Virus record (IMG/VR): IMGVR_UViG_3300037493_002677
Span: 1 to 54,788 of that record
Length of the DNA: 54,788 nt
Direction: 5' to 3' (one strand)
Source: a virus
Lineage: Duplodnaviria > Caudoviricetes
Shown here: one piece after another, positions 7,776-17,557 of the stretch
Layout of the letters: the number at the start of each line of letters is the position of its first letter
Position numbering within the stretch: the first letter of the stretch is position 1
Position numbers and translations under genes: made by a program
The notes under the pieces: generated by a model
What the model was told of the DNA's origin: nothing
What the model saw: the letters and a program-made list of their open reading frames with translations, nothing else
The model's database searches: none

Positions 7776-10337
7776 TTACTCAGTGTAGGCTTGGCTGGCG
7801 GCGTGGCCGGCCACTGCGGCCTCCACTACTGTTTGCATGGATGCGAGTTGCTGTTTCATCTGCTCAATGACGATCGCGGTGTCGTTGTCGTCCTTGTTCT
7901 TGGCCAACTCCGTCATCTGATGGAAACGGTTGTCAGCCTCGTTCCGCTGATTGGCCATCATCTCTTTGAACTGCGCCTGTTGGTCGTCCCGCTGCATCCG
8001 GAGTAGCTCCAACTGAGCTGCCTGTTCACGCTTCACCTGTTCGACCATCGGGGCAGCTTGAAGCTCCTGCATCTTCATGGCGTTGGTCATCTGAAGCTCT
8101 TGCTGCTTCAATTGCAGGGAGGCTTGGTCAGCTTGCGTCTTGCGCTGAATCTCGGCCATCGCGGCTTGGAACGTCTTCTCGATGGCAGGGTCAGACGGCG
8201 GTGGCGGGTTCTTGCTTTGTACCACTTGCTGAGCCTGTTGGAGGAGTGGTAGCAACTGCTGGTCCATGGCGCTGGTGGCTTGTTGGGCCTGCATCGCAGC
8301 CATCAGGGTAAGCTGGTCAGGTGGCAGTTCCGGGTGCTGAGCTTCCGCCACCATCTGGGCGGACTGAACCACATGTGCGTAGTCCAGTATGAAATGTTCC
8401 TGCACGTGCGCTAGGAGCCCGGCGAGTTGCTGGCCCAACCCATTCGATGCACCGATCATCGGATGCAGAATGAACATCAGGTGGGTCTTGATGTGGGCAA
8501 GGTGATCTTGAATGATGTTCGCCTTGAGCTGCGAGCCTTGGAGTACCGCCACATTCTCGGAAGCGGCGTCTGCCGTCACCGGATTCAGGGGCTTCGGCAA
8601 CAGCTCGTCCACATTGTCGACGCGCAGCAACTCCAGCATACGACGGCGGATGGCAATGAGGTTCCACGGTATCGCGGGGTTGCCGGTGTCGCCTGACGCC
8701 AACTGCATGACCGACTGCATCTGGGCGAAGCGCTGGGTCTCGCTGAAAATGTTGGGGTCGCTGACCGGCTCGATGTCGTCGCTGTCGAGGAAGTCCTCCG
8801 GTACCAAATCGAAGCGCCCAAGGTCCGCCAGCGCATGCTCGGGGTAGTCGGCAATTAACCGGCAGATGATCTTGAGTGCACGCCGCTGGGCTTCATGCAA
8901 ACGCGCGTGGATCGAACTGAAGACCTGCGAACCCTGCTCAATGAGTGCCAAGGCCGTCCCCACTGGCATGTTAGCGCCCGCGTCTGCGATTTTCTCTTCA
9001 GCAGTGGCCACCACCCCACGGGCTTGGCTAGTCAGCCAGTCCAAGAGCTGGAACAGCACCGCGCTGGGGGGATTGAACGGCAACGGCATCATGATCTTGC
9101 GGATGTCGTCTACGCCAGCGGGCGCTTCCATCTCCGTGACGCCGGTGACGTCGATGTTGATATTCTGCCCACTCGCACGTCCACCCTTGAGTTTGATGGC
9201 TGCGGGGGCGTTGTTGATGTGGGCAGAATCTAGCAGGGCTCGGAGGGAGCCCGTAAGGGAGGCAGCAAGGCCACCGATCAGGTGTGGGAATCCAATTCCG
9301 TATGCCCCGCGCCATGGGATGAACTTGTCTTCGACGAACCAATCCAGCTTGGTTTTCTCGTCGTCGGATTCTTTCCAGTTGCGATAGATGGCCGCGATCT
9401 TGCCAGTCGGCTCGTCAATGTGGATTACGTATGGGGCGCGTCCTTCGCCTTCCACATCGTAGAAGCAGGTGCACTCGTAGATGGTGCGGACGCCATCTTC
9501 ATTGTAGCCGCTGTCGTCCTTGCCCTCGATCTTGTCGTTGGCTTTTTGGGAGGCGGTCTCTTCCGGTGAAGCTTCATGCGTGGTGAAGATGTCTTTGTAG
9601 AAGCCAAATTTGATGTGCTCGTCGACCATCGCTTCGGTCAAGTCGCGCTCCTGCGTCACTCGGTTCGCGGTGTAGAAGCTATTGGCGGCGAACGGCAGGA
9701 ACACCTTGTCGATGGGCACGAACTCCATCCGCACCCGCTTGCCGTCGAACCAGTATTTCTCGTACTGACTGCCGCCGAGGGGCAACTGCGTGAACAGGAT
9801 TTCCTTCTCGCTACGATACTCCGGCATCTTCTCCGTGACGTAGAAGTTCAAGAAGTCGCGTTTCTTGCGGGCCTTCTCCAGCTTGGCTTCATCAGTCTTG
9901 CCGAATATCTTGGTCTTGACCGGGCCGTTGCTCGGGAACAACTCTTTGATGGCGCGGGCTGAGAAGTCTACACAGCCTTCAGCCAGCACCGGATGAACGA
10001 CTTTGGAGGCACCTTCGAAGCTCGCTCCACCGGGGGCGTCGTTGCCGAGACCTGTACGCCTTATGCCTTCTTCCTGCTGCTTGTCGCGCTCCTTGCGGGC
10101 TTCTTTGTCCTTCTCGATCAGTTCGAGGAGGTTAGTGGCGATGGTGTTGAGGTCGAAGTCCGGCAGGCTTTCCGCGAGGTTGGCGGAGAAGTCCGTGGAA
10201 GAATCGACGGCCTCGGAGGAGTCATCCTCAACAAGGGCGCTGCCATCAGCAAGCTCGGTCACGCCAGGGGGAGAGTCCATGGCGAGAGAGTTGAAAGCAG
10301 CAGACCGCTCAGCGGTCTCGTCGGAAATCTTAGGCAT
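7776..10337 (-). CDS. Portal protein
   Basis: F.ANLAE, GASKVVHPVLAE, GLA..LT..LRALLD, MPVGTALALIEQG, EPVSDPNIFS; long C-terminal coiled coil; ATG 10337 with CAGGAG. Confidence 0.88.
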   Translation of the reverse strand: MPKISDETAERSAAFNSLAMDSPPGVTELADGSALVEDDSSEAVDSSTDFSANLAESLPDFDLNTIATNLLELIEKDKEARKERDKQQEEGIRRTGLGNDAPGGASFEGASKVVHPVLAEGCVDFSARAIKELFPSNGPVKTKIFGKTDEAKLEKARKKRDFLNFYVTEKMPEYRSEKEILFTQLPLGGSQYEKYWFDGKRVRMEFVPIDKVFLPFAANSFYTANRVTQERDLTEAMVDEHIKFGFYKDIFTTHEASPEETASQKANDKIEGKDDSGYNEDGVRTIYECTCFYDVEGEGRAPYVIHIDEPTGKIAAIYRNWKESDDEKTKLDWFVEDKFIPWRGAYGIGFPHLIGGLAASLTGSLRALLDSAHINNAPAAIKLKGGRASGQNINIDVTGVTEMEAPAGVDDIRKIMMPLPFNPPSAVLFQLLDWLTSQARGVVATAEEKIADAGANMPVGTALALIEQGSQVFSSIHARLHEAQRRALKIICRLIADYPEHALADLGRFDLVPEDFLDSDDIEPVSDPNIFSETQRFAQMQSVMQLASGDTGNPAIPWNLIAIRRRMLELLRVDNVDELLPKPLNPVTADAASENVAVLQGSQLKANIIQDHLAHIKTHLMFILHPMIGASNGLGQQLAGLLAHVQEHFILDYAHVVQSAQMVAEAQHPELPPDQLTLMAAMQAQQATSAMDQQLLPLLQQAQQVVQSKNPPPPSDPAIEKTFQAAMAEIQRKTQADQASLQLKQQELQMTNAMKMQELQAAPMVEQVKREQAAQLELLRMQRDDQQAQFKEMMANQRNEADNRFHQMTELAKNKDDNDTAIVIEQMKQQLASMQTVVEAAVAGHAASQAYTE

Positions 10338-13300
10338 TGGCGTGGTACTCCTGGAGTTTTTGCATAATATCACGGATATTCGGTTTCGTGGAAACTGTTC
10401 CGCCGTCGGCGAAGTTGCCCGCGTCGATGTCTGCCACAAAATTCTTATCGATGTCCGATAACATCGACTGTTCCATGCGTTTCATTCGGTTGTAATACGC
10501 GACAGCAGACTCGCCATTACCCGGACCGTTGCTAAACTTGCCAGTGTCATCGGTGCCAAAATGTTTGATTGATAGCTCTCGCATTTGAGCGTCATCGGCG
10601 TACCTTCCACCCACTTTCGTCAACCCAGTGTTACCCAAGTCACCCACATCACCCCAAGGCACTCCGTGCGGGGGATTCTTGACGAAGTCTTGGACGAAGG
10701 GGAGGTACTCGTCATTCGGCTTGCGGTTCTGCTTGCCTTTGATTTGGGAGATGGATAGTGGCGCATTCTCCGGCAAATATTGCGGCGCGTGCTCCGCTAC
10801 GAACGCTTTCAAATCGGACTGTCTTCCGGACGGGTAAGCCTTGGCAAAAGCATTCCAGACTTCTTCAGGCAGGGTGTCCATGCCAAGGGCGGTTTGCTGC
10901 GGAGGATTAACCTCCACCGTCACATGCGGTTCGCCCTTGGCGTCTCGGAGGCTGAAGATCCGGGACCGACCGCTCGCCACATCATCGCAGTAGCCGCCGA
11001 CACAGTGCCCCATGGTGTCACCTTCATATTTGAGTTGGTCGGCAAGCTCTTTGTGCGCGTCCTTCTTGCTCATAGCCTTCGGACGTAGTTCATTGTGGTA
11101 TAGCTCTTCATCCGGGCGGCTCTTCAACTCCACCCACCTGAGTCCTTTGGGGTTGGGCATTGCGTCGCTATGAGGGTAGTCACGTACGGCCATGGCCCTG
11201 TTGGCGAGCTCTGCGTTCGCGGCGACCTTCTGCTCCGCACGCCACGCGTTGATGTCAGCGACACGGCGCACGGCCTTCTCCATGCTCATATTCTTGACGG
11301 CTTCTGGTGAGAGAAGCAGGTGACGCGGCAACCCAGAGTCCGGGTTCAGTGCGTTGCGGAGTTCGTCGGTGAGGTGAGCGAAGCCGAGGTCTTGCATACT
11401 TGTAGTAGAGGGCGTATATACCGGGGTCTTAGGGTCTACTGTTGAGAGCCATGGGTTTTGTCTAAGCACACTCTCGGCTTTTTCAACACCACTAGTACCA
11501 AACCCATAGGAGTCACTACGAAGCCTAGAAGCTGCGCTCTCAGGATAAATAGACAAATCAGCCATATCTTCCCAAGCAATGCCGCTAGGTGTAATCGCGT
11601 CATTCTCCATGCCTACTTTGGCAGTGTGTCGCCGCTTCCTAGCTGCCATTTCATAACCCTCAGGCACATACGTATGCAGCACCCCCTCCTCTGCGAGTCT
11701 CCGCACTTCGTCCTCGGGACTCGCCATGCGAGTCTTGACGTACTTGGTGAGCGGGCCTTCAACCCATGAGTTCATGGACTTAGTTCTGCTGATCTCGTCT
11801 ACTAAATCGGGCTCTACCAACGGATCCATCTCCCGGCCCTTCAATCCGCGCAGCGCATCCTCCACGGAGTTGTTGATCCAGTTGCCGCCCTTGGGTTTGA
11901 CGACGCTCAGCGCGCCCATCGGAGCTGCCGTCGAGGACGCTCCTTCCTGCAGTCTCGGCATCGAGCGCTGGGCCATGCGCTTCGCGGCTCCTGCTACGCT
12001 GCCTCCGACTCCGAACTCTACGGGACGTACATTGTTCTCCAGCATTAGACGAAGCATATCAGGGTCGCTGTACCAACTGTGGATCTTTGAAGCAGATTCA
12101 GAAAGCGCAAACGGATTTTGCAGCGCCTTGTCCAGCTCCTCGCCCTCATAGCCTTGTGCCTTAATGGCCAGTGGGGTGTGGTCGCCATATGCTTGCTCCA
12201 CCGCGCGCATCCGGTGGCGACCTTCATGACCGCGGATTCTGGAGAATGCCAGATCGTCAGTGTCCATGAAGTTAAGCGTTGGGACATCCCCGAATCCACG
12301 GAACTTCGGAAACTTGTCGAAGTGGTAGTTACCTTGCTTTGAACCGCCAGGAAGGGACTCCCGAGTTCTTAGCATCTCGGCCAGCGTGTCAACCTCAGCA
12401 TCACGCGCCGCTGATTGAGGAAGCTCAGCTGCCAAGTTACGGAACTGCCTTGGTGTAGTAAGCGCCACTCTCACCCGCTCATCTGGATGCGACGCCTTCA
12501 TTGCCAGCTCAGCGAGCCTGTCTGGGCGATTGACATCAAAAGTGGCAGGCGCATAGTCCCTAACTGTTTCGAGAATTCCTTCAGCGCGTGGCAAAGTTCT
12601 TTCGTACCCGGCGCGCGGTGCCATCTTGCGAAGACCTTTAATAATGCGGTCGAATGACACCGGTGACGCGGCTTCTGTGTCAGCCGCATAGCCTGCAGTG
12701 CTTGCCGTCAAAGCTGTCGGCAAGGCCTTCTTAGCCAACTTACCCGCGTACTTCAAGGCACCAAGACCAACAGCATTCAATGGGTCACTTGCAAACTCAC
12801 CAACCATTCTAGCTGCTGAGTCCGCAGTGGGCTCATGCCGTTCGTCTGCAGCCCACCCGCCAAAGCTCCCGGCACCTGAGAGCGCAGCACGCGCAATCTG
12901 AGAAGCTCGGGACGGAGATGCCGACATCTCAGCACTACGCCCTTGGTCCAATGTATCCCAGAACTGGGCGTCTCGCTGCAACTCCTCGGAGGTGTATCTT
13001 CCAGTTTGCCCGTAAGGCTCTCCTGTCGGTACCGTGCGGCTCTGTTCTGCGACCCGTGCCACCAAAGCGGCCAGGTCTTGCTTATGCCCTTGTTGTATGT
13101 CTTTGGGGCTGACGTGGAGCTGTTTAGACGCCCTGGTGGGCGACTTTGTGAAGTCCATCCACCCGCCCTTTGCCATGCCGGGCAGCCTCAGCTGATTTTC
13201 ATTGACCTCAGGTGCTTCGCGCTCAGCACGTTGTGTAAATTCGTAGAACGGGTTGCCGCCGTTCCTCTTCTTCCCGGTTGGGCGGGCGCCAAGGTTGTAG

Positions 13301-13890
13301 TAGTATTCCAAGTTACTGAACTCCGGCTTGTTGATCGTCTCAAACAGCAGGTTGTCATTACCAAGCATGTCCTGTGCTTGGCGGATATACTCCTCGCCAC
13401 GCTTGAACGGTACTCCACCCTCTGTTTGGCCGAGCACGCCAAGTGAGTGCAACGTGCCTGGCTCCGGGCCCGTAAAGTCCATGTCCATAATGTCTTTGTT
13501 GCTTATGCCATAGACATCGCCCTTCTGAAAGCTCGCAGCGCCTACGGGCTTACCGCCTGAGTCAACTTGCATAAGCAGACGCATCTCCGGGTTCTCAGAC
13601 CACTTACCACCCGCATTCGAGGCGTCTTCGAGCGCAGACTCCAGCATTCCGTACTTGCGTCTAGCCACCTCGGCGCCTTGGTTCTCGGCTATCCGTGCCA
13701 TCCTCGACATATCCATTTGGTGTTTGCGCAGAATTGTGAGCGGGCTCTCTTTGCTGTACGACGCTTCCACGGGGTGGACAAGATATACTCCGCCACCCAG
13801 GTTCCGAGTGCCTGCCGCCGGGTGTATGAACGTCGACTGTCCGCCACTACGCTCGAAGGTCTTGGTAGGTGGGAATAGTTTAGGCGGCAT
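10330..13890 (-). CDS. Large polyvalent protein (GNAT-like + ParB-like + PcfJ-like domains)
   Basis: 1186 aa; LKYEGDTMGHCVGGY...IFSLRD...PHVTVEV...QIKGKQN (PcfJ-like); GHEGRHRMRA (ParB/Srx-like); N-terminal PVGAASF...LHSLGV...LEYYYNLGA (GNAT-like). Confidence 0.65.
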   Translation of the reverse strand: MPPKLFPPTKTFERSGGQSTFIHPAAGTRNLGGGVYLVHPVEASYSKESPLTILRKHQMDMSRMARIAENQGAEVARRKYGMLESALEDASNAGGKWSENPEMRLLMQVDSGGKPVGAASFQKGDVYGISNKDIMDMDFTGPEPGTLHSLGVLGQTEGGVPFKRGEEYIRQAQDMLGNDNLLFETINKPEFSNLEYYYNLGARPTGKKRNGGNPFYEFTQRAEREAPEVNENQLRLPGMAKGGWMDFTKSPTRASKQLHVSPKDIQQGHKQDLAALVARVAEQSRTVPTGEPYGQTGRYTSEELQRDAQFWDTLDQGRSAEMSASPSRASQIARAALSGAGSFGGWAADERHEPTADSAARMVGEFASDPLNAVGLGALKYAGKLAKKALPTALTASTAGYAADTEAASPVSFDRIIKGLRKMAPRAGYERTLPRAEGILETVRDYAPATFDVNRPDRLAELAMKASHPDERVRVALTTPRQFRNLAAELPQSAARDAEVDTLAEMLRTRESLPGGSKQGNYHFDKFPKFRGFGDVPTLNFMDTDDLAFSRIRGHEGRHRMRAVEQAYGDHTPLAIKAQGYEGEELDKALQNPFALSESASKIHSWYSDPDMLRLMLENNVRPVEFGVGGSVAGAAKRMAQRSMPRLQEGASSTAAPMGALSVVKPKGGNWINNSVEDALRGLKGREMDPLVEPDLVDEISRTKSMNSWVEGPLTKYVKTRMASPEDEVRRLAEEGVLHTYVPEGYEMAARKRRHTAKVGMENDAITPSGIAWEDMADLSIYPESAASRLRSDSYGFGTSGVEKAESVLRQNPWLSTVDPKTPVYTPSTTSMQDLGFAHLTDELRNALNPDSGLPRHLLLSPEAVKNMSMEKAVRRVADINAWRAEQKVAANAELANRAMAVRDYPHSDAMPNPKGLRWVELKSRPDEELYHNELRPKAMSKKDAHKELADQLKYEGDTMGHCVGGYCDDVASGRSRIFSLRDAKGEPHVTVEVNPPQQTALGMDTLPEEVWNAFAKAYPSGRQSDLKAFVAEHAPQYLPENAPLSISQIKGKQNRKPNDEYLPFVQDFVKNPPHGVPWGDVGDLGNTGLTKVGGRYADDAQMRELSIKHFGTDDTGKFSNGPGNGESAVAYYNRMKRMEQSMLSDIDKNFVADIDAGNFADGGTVSTKPNIRDIMQKLQEYHANA

Positions 13891-15448
13891 AGGGATTCTG
13901 CTTTCTCTTTGTGTACTCGGCTTCTTCTACTTCATCGACGTCCGCAAAAGCCATTTCGAAGTGTCCTTGGTCCCTGAGAAGACTCAGCGCTTGGGTGTAA
14001 GTGTCTACGTAATCGTCATGCGCTGCTTTGGGAAACTTGGCAACTTGTTCTACAAATGGCCGCGCCCATGTTACGAATTCACCCGGCTCTTTACTCGACT
14101 CAGGGATATATATTACATCGAGTTCGTGAACAGGCGCGACGGAATGTGCACGCATTGTTTTCGAGGCATTGCCTGGATTGTACGGGATCGCGGGAATGTT
14201 CGCAGCTCTCAGGTCTTGGAGGATCGATATGCCGCTGCTCTTGTTCTCCATCAACACCACGTCCGACTTCCTGCCCTTCCGCTCTTTCGTCTTGCCGTAG
14301 ACCGAGTGCCATTCGTCGATCACCTTCTTCCTGAAGTCCGGGTAGCCTAGATGGTCGTCCCACGCATCCAAGAGCATAGCTCCTTGGACCTTGCCGTCCG
14401 TGAAGCAGCCCCATACAGTGCACGCAGTGGGGTCATTGTTTGAGGTAGCGTCGTCGTCGTACGCTCCGTCGTAACTCTGCACTACGTAGTCGAAGACAGG
14501 CAGCGGCTTCTTGGCAGGCCACAGCTTAAAGTGGTGGGTCTTGAGTATGCCGCCACCCATTGGAGCGGGCTGCTGCTGGAACTGGCCTGCGGTACCGTAC
14601 TCGCCAAGCAGCTTCTTCAGCTTCTTGACGCTCTTGGCAGGGAAGAGCTCAGGCCAGAGCAGCGACCCTTCCACCGTACGCGGGTCCTCCCACCCTATGC
14701 TCGTGACATAGTGCTTCTTCGGCTTGACGTACTCCATGGGCAGGTGGAGGTGCTCATAGTTGTATTGCTCGGCAAGGATGTGCCCAGTCAGGTCGTCCTC
14801 AGCCAGCCGCTGCATCACAACTACGGTCCTGGCTCCTCGGGACTCGCCGCGAGTACTCAGTGTGCGATCGAACCATGTGTTCGCGCCCCCTCGCTCCGCA
14901 TCCGACTCAGCCTGCTTGGCAGACGTAGGGTCATCCACTATCTTCCGGTCCGGATGTTCTCCAGTCGCACGGCCTCCGACCGAAGTAGCCATGCGCCAAC
15001 CGCCTGAGGTGAGTTCGTACTTAGTCTTTTGGTCTGAGCCCTTACGTACTTGGACCTTAGGCCACCGCTCTTGGTACCATGCGGAGGTGATAATGTCCTT
15101 GCACTTGGCTGCGTCGCGGATGGCCAGATCGGCACCGTATGAGGCTCCTAAGATCCTCAGCCCTGCGTCCTTAGTCCACTCCCACGCCGGCCACGCAACA
15201 CTCACCAGGATCGATTTGCAGCAGCCCGGAGGGATGTTTATAACGAGGTTCTCTATCTCGCCTGAGGACACGGCTTCCAGGTGGTCAGCAATGGCGTGGA
15301 GGTGCCAGCCATCGATGAACTTAGTACCGGGCTCTATGATCTCCCAGCATTGCTTGTTGAATTCGAGGAGCGACCCCTCTGCCAGCCGCTGGCTCTTAGC
15401 CCTACGCACTGCGTCTAGCAGTATGACAGGCGAGAGCGGTGCGTTCAC
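13880..15448 (-). CDS. terL: Terminase large subunit
   Basis: LVINIPPGCCKS Walker A variant, IVDDP Walker B, VVMQRL, QFQQQP, C-terminal nuclease QSYD...FP.AAHDDYVD. Confidence 0.92.
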   Translation of the reverse strand: MNAPLSPVILLDAVRRAKSQRLAEGSLLEFNKQCWEIIEPGTKFIDGWHLHAIADHLEAVSSGEIENLVINIPPGCCKSILVSVAWPAWEWTKDAGLRILGASYGADLAIRDAAKCKDIITSAWYQERWPKVQVRKGSDQKTKYELTSGGWRMATSVGGRATGEHPDRKIVDDPTSAKQAESDAERGGANTWFDRTLSTRGESRGARTVVVMQRLAEDDLTGHILAEQYNYEHLHLPMEYVKPKKHYVTSIGWEDPRTVEGSLLWPELFPAKSVKKLKKLLGEYGTAGQFQQQPAPMGGGILKTHHFKLWPAKKPLPVFDYVVQSYDGAYDDDATSNNDPTACTVWGCFTDGKVQGAMLLDAWDDHLGYPDFRKKVIDEWHSVYGKTKERKGRKSDVVLMENKSSGISILQDLRAANIPAIPYNPGNASKTMRAHSVAPVHELDVIYIPESSKEPGEFVTWARPFVEQVAKFPKAAHDDYVDTYTQALSLLRDQGHFEMAFADVDEVEEAEYTKRKQNPYAA

Positions 15449-16641
15449 GGCACCGAGCCTCCACGCTTGTAGTTCAGTAGTCCTTCGTTCTTAATGGCGT
15501 TGAGCACGCCTTCGGGGAGGTCCATTGTTGTCCACCCGTTCTCTTGGCGCAAAGGTACTCCGCGCTTGGAGAGTGGATCGTAGAACTGCTTGCTCAGCTG
15601 CTTGTCATAGACATCCTGGAAGAAGGGGAGCTGCCTGAAGTCGCGCACAGAAGCTATGCGATTAGCATCGGGGAACGAGATGCTCGGCGCTCCGGCCTCA
15701 GCGCTACGATCTACGAGCATGCGTCCGAGCTTACCGTAGATGCCCTCTAATGCCGGATGATTAGGCATACCCTCTAGTGCGTCTGACTGTAGCTCCTCGA
15801 CATACACGTTGCCACTCGGCGTCATTGAGCCACGCGCATGTCCTAGCTGCGAGGGATTCATGAAGTGATCCGTCTGGCCTGCGATATTCAAGTCGCCACG
15901 TGCTCGGCTCGGCGTGCCACGCAGCACAGTCTCGAAGTAGCTTGGCTCTGCATTGTACGGAATCGTCGAGTTGGTCTCACGGGTCAGGCCTCGCTGCCGC
16001 TGGTATCCTTCGTATCCCGGCTTCATAGACTTGCCGCCAGCTTGCTGCCGAGCCATCTCAAATGCATCGCCTGCCAGCTCGTTCATGTAGATGTCATTAG
16101 TGTCTTGGCCAAGGAATCGCCACGCGAAGTCTTGCGCAGCACCTAAGGCCTGAGCGCTTGGTCTGTCCGTGCCCATCGCTTGCAGCAAGTGGTTAGCAAG
16201 CTGCACCGTAGAGTCGTCAACGCCATAGTGGCCAGCATCACGGAGCATAGACCTGAGCAGCTCAGTACGACGCTCTTCGAAGTGGGGGCCATAGATAAGG
16301 TCGGTGGCCAGCTCATGAATGCCTTCGTCATCTAACCTATCCGTCATGCCGCGCTGTGCGAAGAGCTTAGGACTACGCACTTGGCCCGCAAGTTGCAGTG
16401 GCGAGAGCTTAGCATCCGGATCGAGGTGACCGAGGTGCTGAGCCAGCGCGCTAGCCTTCACACCGGGCTTACTGCGAAGCTGGTTTAAGAGCTGCCCACC
16501 GGGTTGCACGCCTCCACGTAAGCTCGCGGCTATGTCGCCGAGTCCGGAGGCCATACGGACCTGTTGTGGCCGCACCGGGCTCAAGATACCAAGCATCTGC
16601 TGCATTGCACGAGCCGAGAGTGCCGGGCTCCAAGGTCCCAT
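15445..16641 (-). CDS. Polyvalent-protein-associated domain protein
   Basis: LGHARGS...VYVEELQSD motif seen in large phage injected/polyvalent proteins; ends in YKRGG. Confidence 0.5.
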   Translation of the reverse strand: MGPWSPALSARAMQQMLGILSPVRPQQVRMASGLGDIAASLRGGVQPGGQLLNQLRSKPGVKASALAQHLGHLDPDAKLSPLQLAGQVRSPKLFAQRGMTDRLDDEGIHELATDLIYGPHFEERRTELLRSMLRDAGHYGVDDSTVQLANHLLQAMGTDRPSAQALGAAQDFAWRFLGQDTNDIYMNELAGDAFEMARQQAGGKSMKPGYEGYQRQRGLTRETNSTIPYNAEPSYFETVLRGTPSRARGDLNIAGQTDHFMNPSQLGHARGSMTPSGNVYVEELQSDALEGMPNHPALEGIYGKLGRMLVDRSAEAGAPSISFPDANRIASVRDFRQLPFFQDVYDKQLSKQFYDPLSKRGVPLRQENGWTTMDLPEGVLNAIKNEGLLNYKRGGSVP

Positions 16642-17123
16642 TATCCTTCGCCTCCCGAAGCCTTGCTGAGAATCTTTTCCAAGGTATCAAGCTCCTTAGC
16701 GCTGAGGTTCGAGAGCTGCGACGCGTCGATAGTCAGTCCTACGCTCTTGGCATCTAGCACCATGTTCGCGGCGGGCTTGCGGAGGGAATACTCCATGATT
16801 GACTTGGCGGCTGACATCCGGTCACGAGGCTCCGAGAACGGATTCTCCATGATCCTACGCATGACGTCGAGGGGGTGTTGGGAGAACGACTGAACGTAGA
16901 GAGCTTGGAGCCTAAGGCCTTCGTCACTGAGCGGGTCGATCTGAGGCACCGAGTTACCACGCGCCTCGAGCCACCGCAGCATGGACATGTCCTGCTCAGT
17001 ATCCAAGGTCTGAGCGGCCACGCGCCGGGCTTCTACGCCCTTGGATACGACTTCGGCAGCATCTAATGCCGATGCACTAGGCTGCTGAGTACTCGGCGCT
17101 GAGGTCTTCGTTGGGCGGGTCAT
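16641..17123 (-). CDS. Putative terminase small subunit
   Basis: PLDVMRRIM...RMSAAKSIMEY, LSNLS..ELD; first gene of the late arm. Confidence 0.55.
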   Translation of the reverse strand: MTRPTKTSAPSTQQPSASALDAAEVVSKGVEARRVAAQTLDTEQDMSMLRWLEARGNSVPQIDPLSDEGLRLQALYVQSFSQHPLDVMRRIMENPFSEPRDRMSAAKSIMEYSLRKPAANMVLDAKSVGLTIDASQLSNLSAKELDTLEKILSKASGGEG

Positions 17124-17129
17124 GCGCGG

Positions 17130-17158
17130 ATAATGCACGATGTGGAGGGAAATGTAAA
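17130..17158 (-). promoter_or_regulatory. Leftward sigma70-like promoter, probably giving a leaderless mRNA
   Basis: TTTACA-17 bp-CATTAT on the minus strand; ATG 17123 lies about 7 nt downstream with no SD. Confidence 0.4.
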
Positions 17159-17174
17159 CTATCTTCGCGCTGAG

Positions 17175-17465
17175 CAGCTTCGAAACGAAGGAAGCGATTA
17201 GAGGGGGGGAGATGTTTCAGCGCTTCGAGCAGTGGTACCAAGGTTCTTGGAACCTATGAAACATTAATACATTAAAAAGATATAAATTAAGCCGGAATAC
17301 ACATACATTATTCGGAATAGAACACACTCTCATTTCAAATCAACTTGACACGCGAAAATAACGTTTCAGTTTCGGAATCCGAGAGCCGAGAAACTAAGCT
17401 CAACGCATTGATGCATAAAGTAAATATGCACTAGGAATGACGTGAAACGAAACGTTGTCAATCCG
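17175..17465. repeat. AT-rich intergenic region with GAAAC/GTTTC repeats (putative origin)
   Basis: 8 copies at 17182, 17214, 17258, 17363, 17369, 17390, 17444, 17449; lies between the divergent arms next to the primase-helicase. Confidence 0.5.
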
Positions 17466-17501
17466 CCGCCTTTTCACGTAGAGCTTTACCGAGTAAATGT
17501 G

Positions 17502-17530
17502 GTTTACTTTATTCGGCGGCTGTTTATAAT
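17502..17530 (+). promoter_or_regulatory. Rightward sigma70-like promoter
   Basis: GTTTAC(T)...TATAAT (17525-17530), then GGAGG RBS. Confidence 0.6.
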
Positions 17531-17557
17531 AGCCACACACTTTCGGAGGGTATTTCG

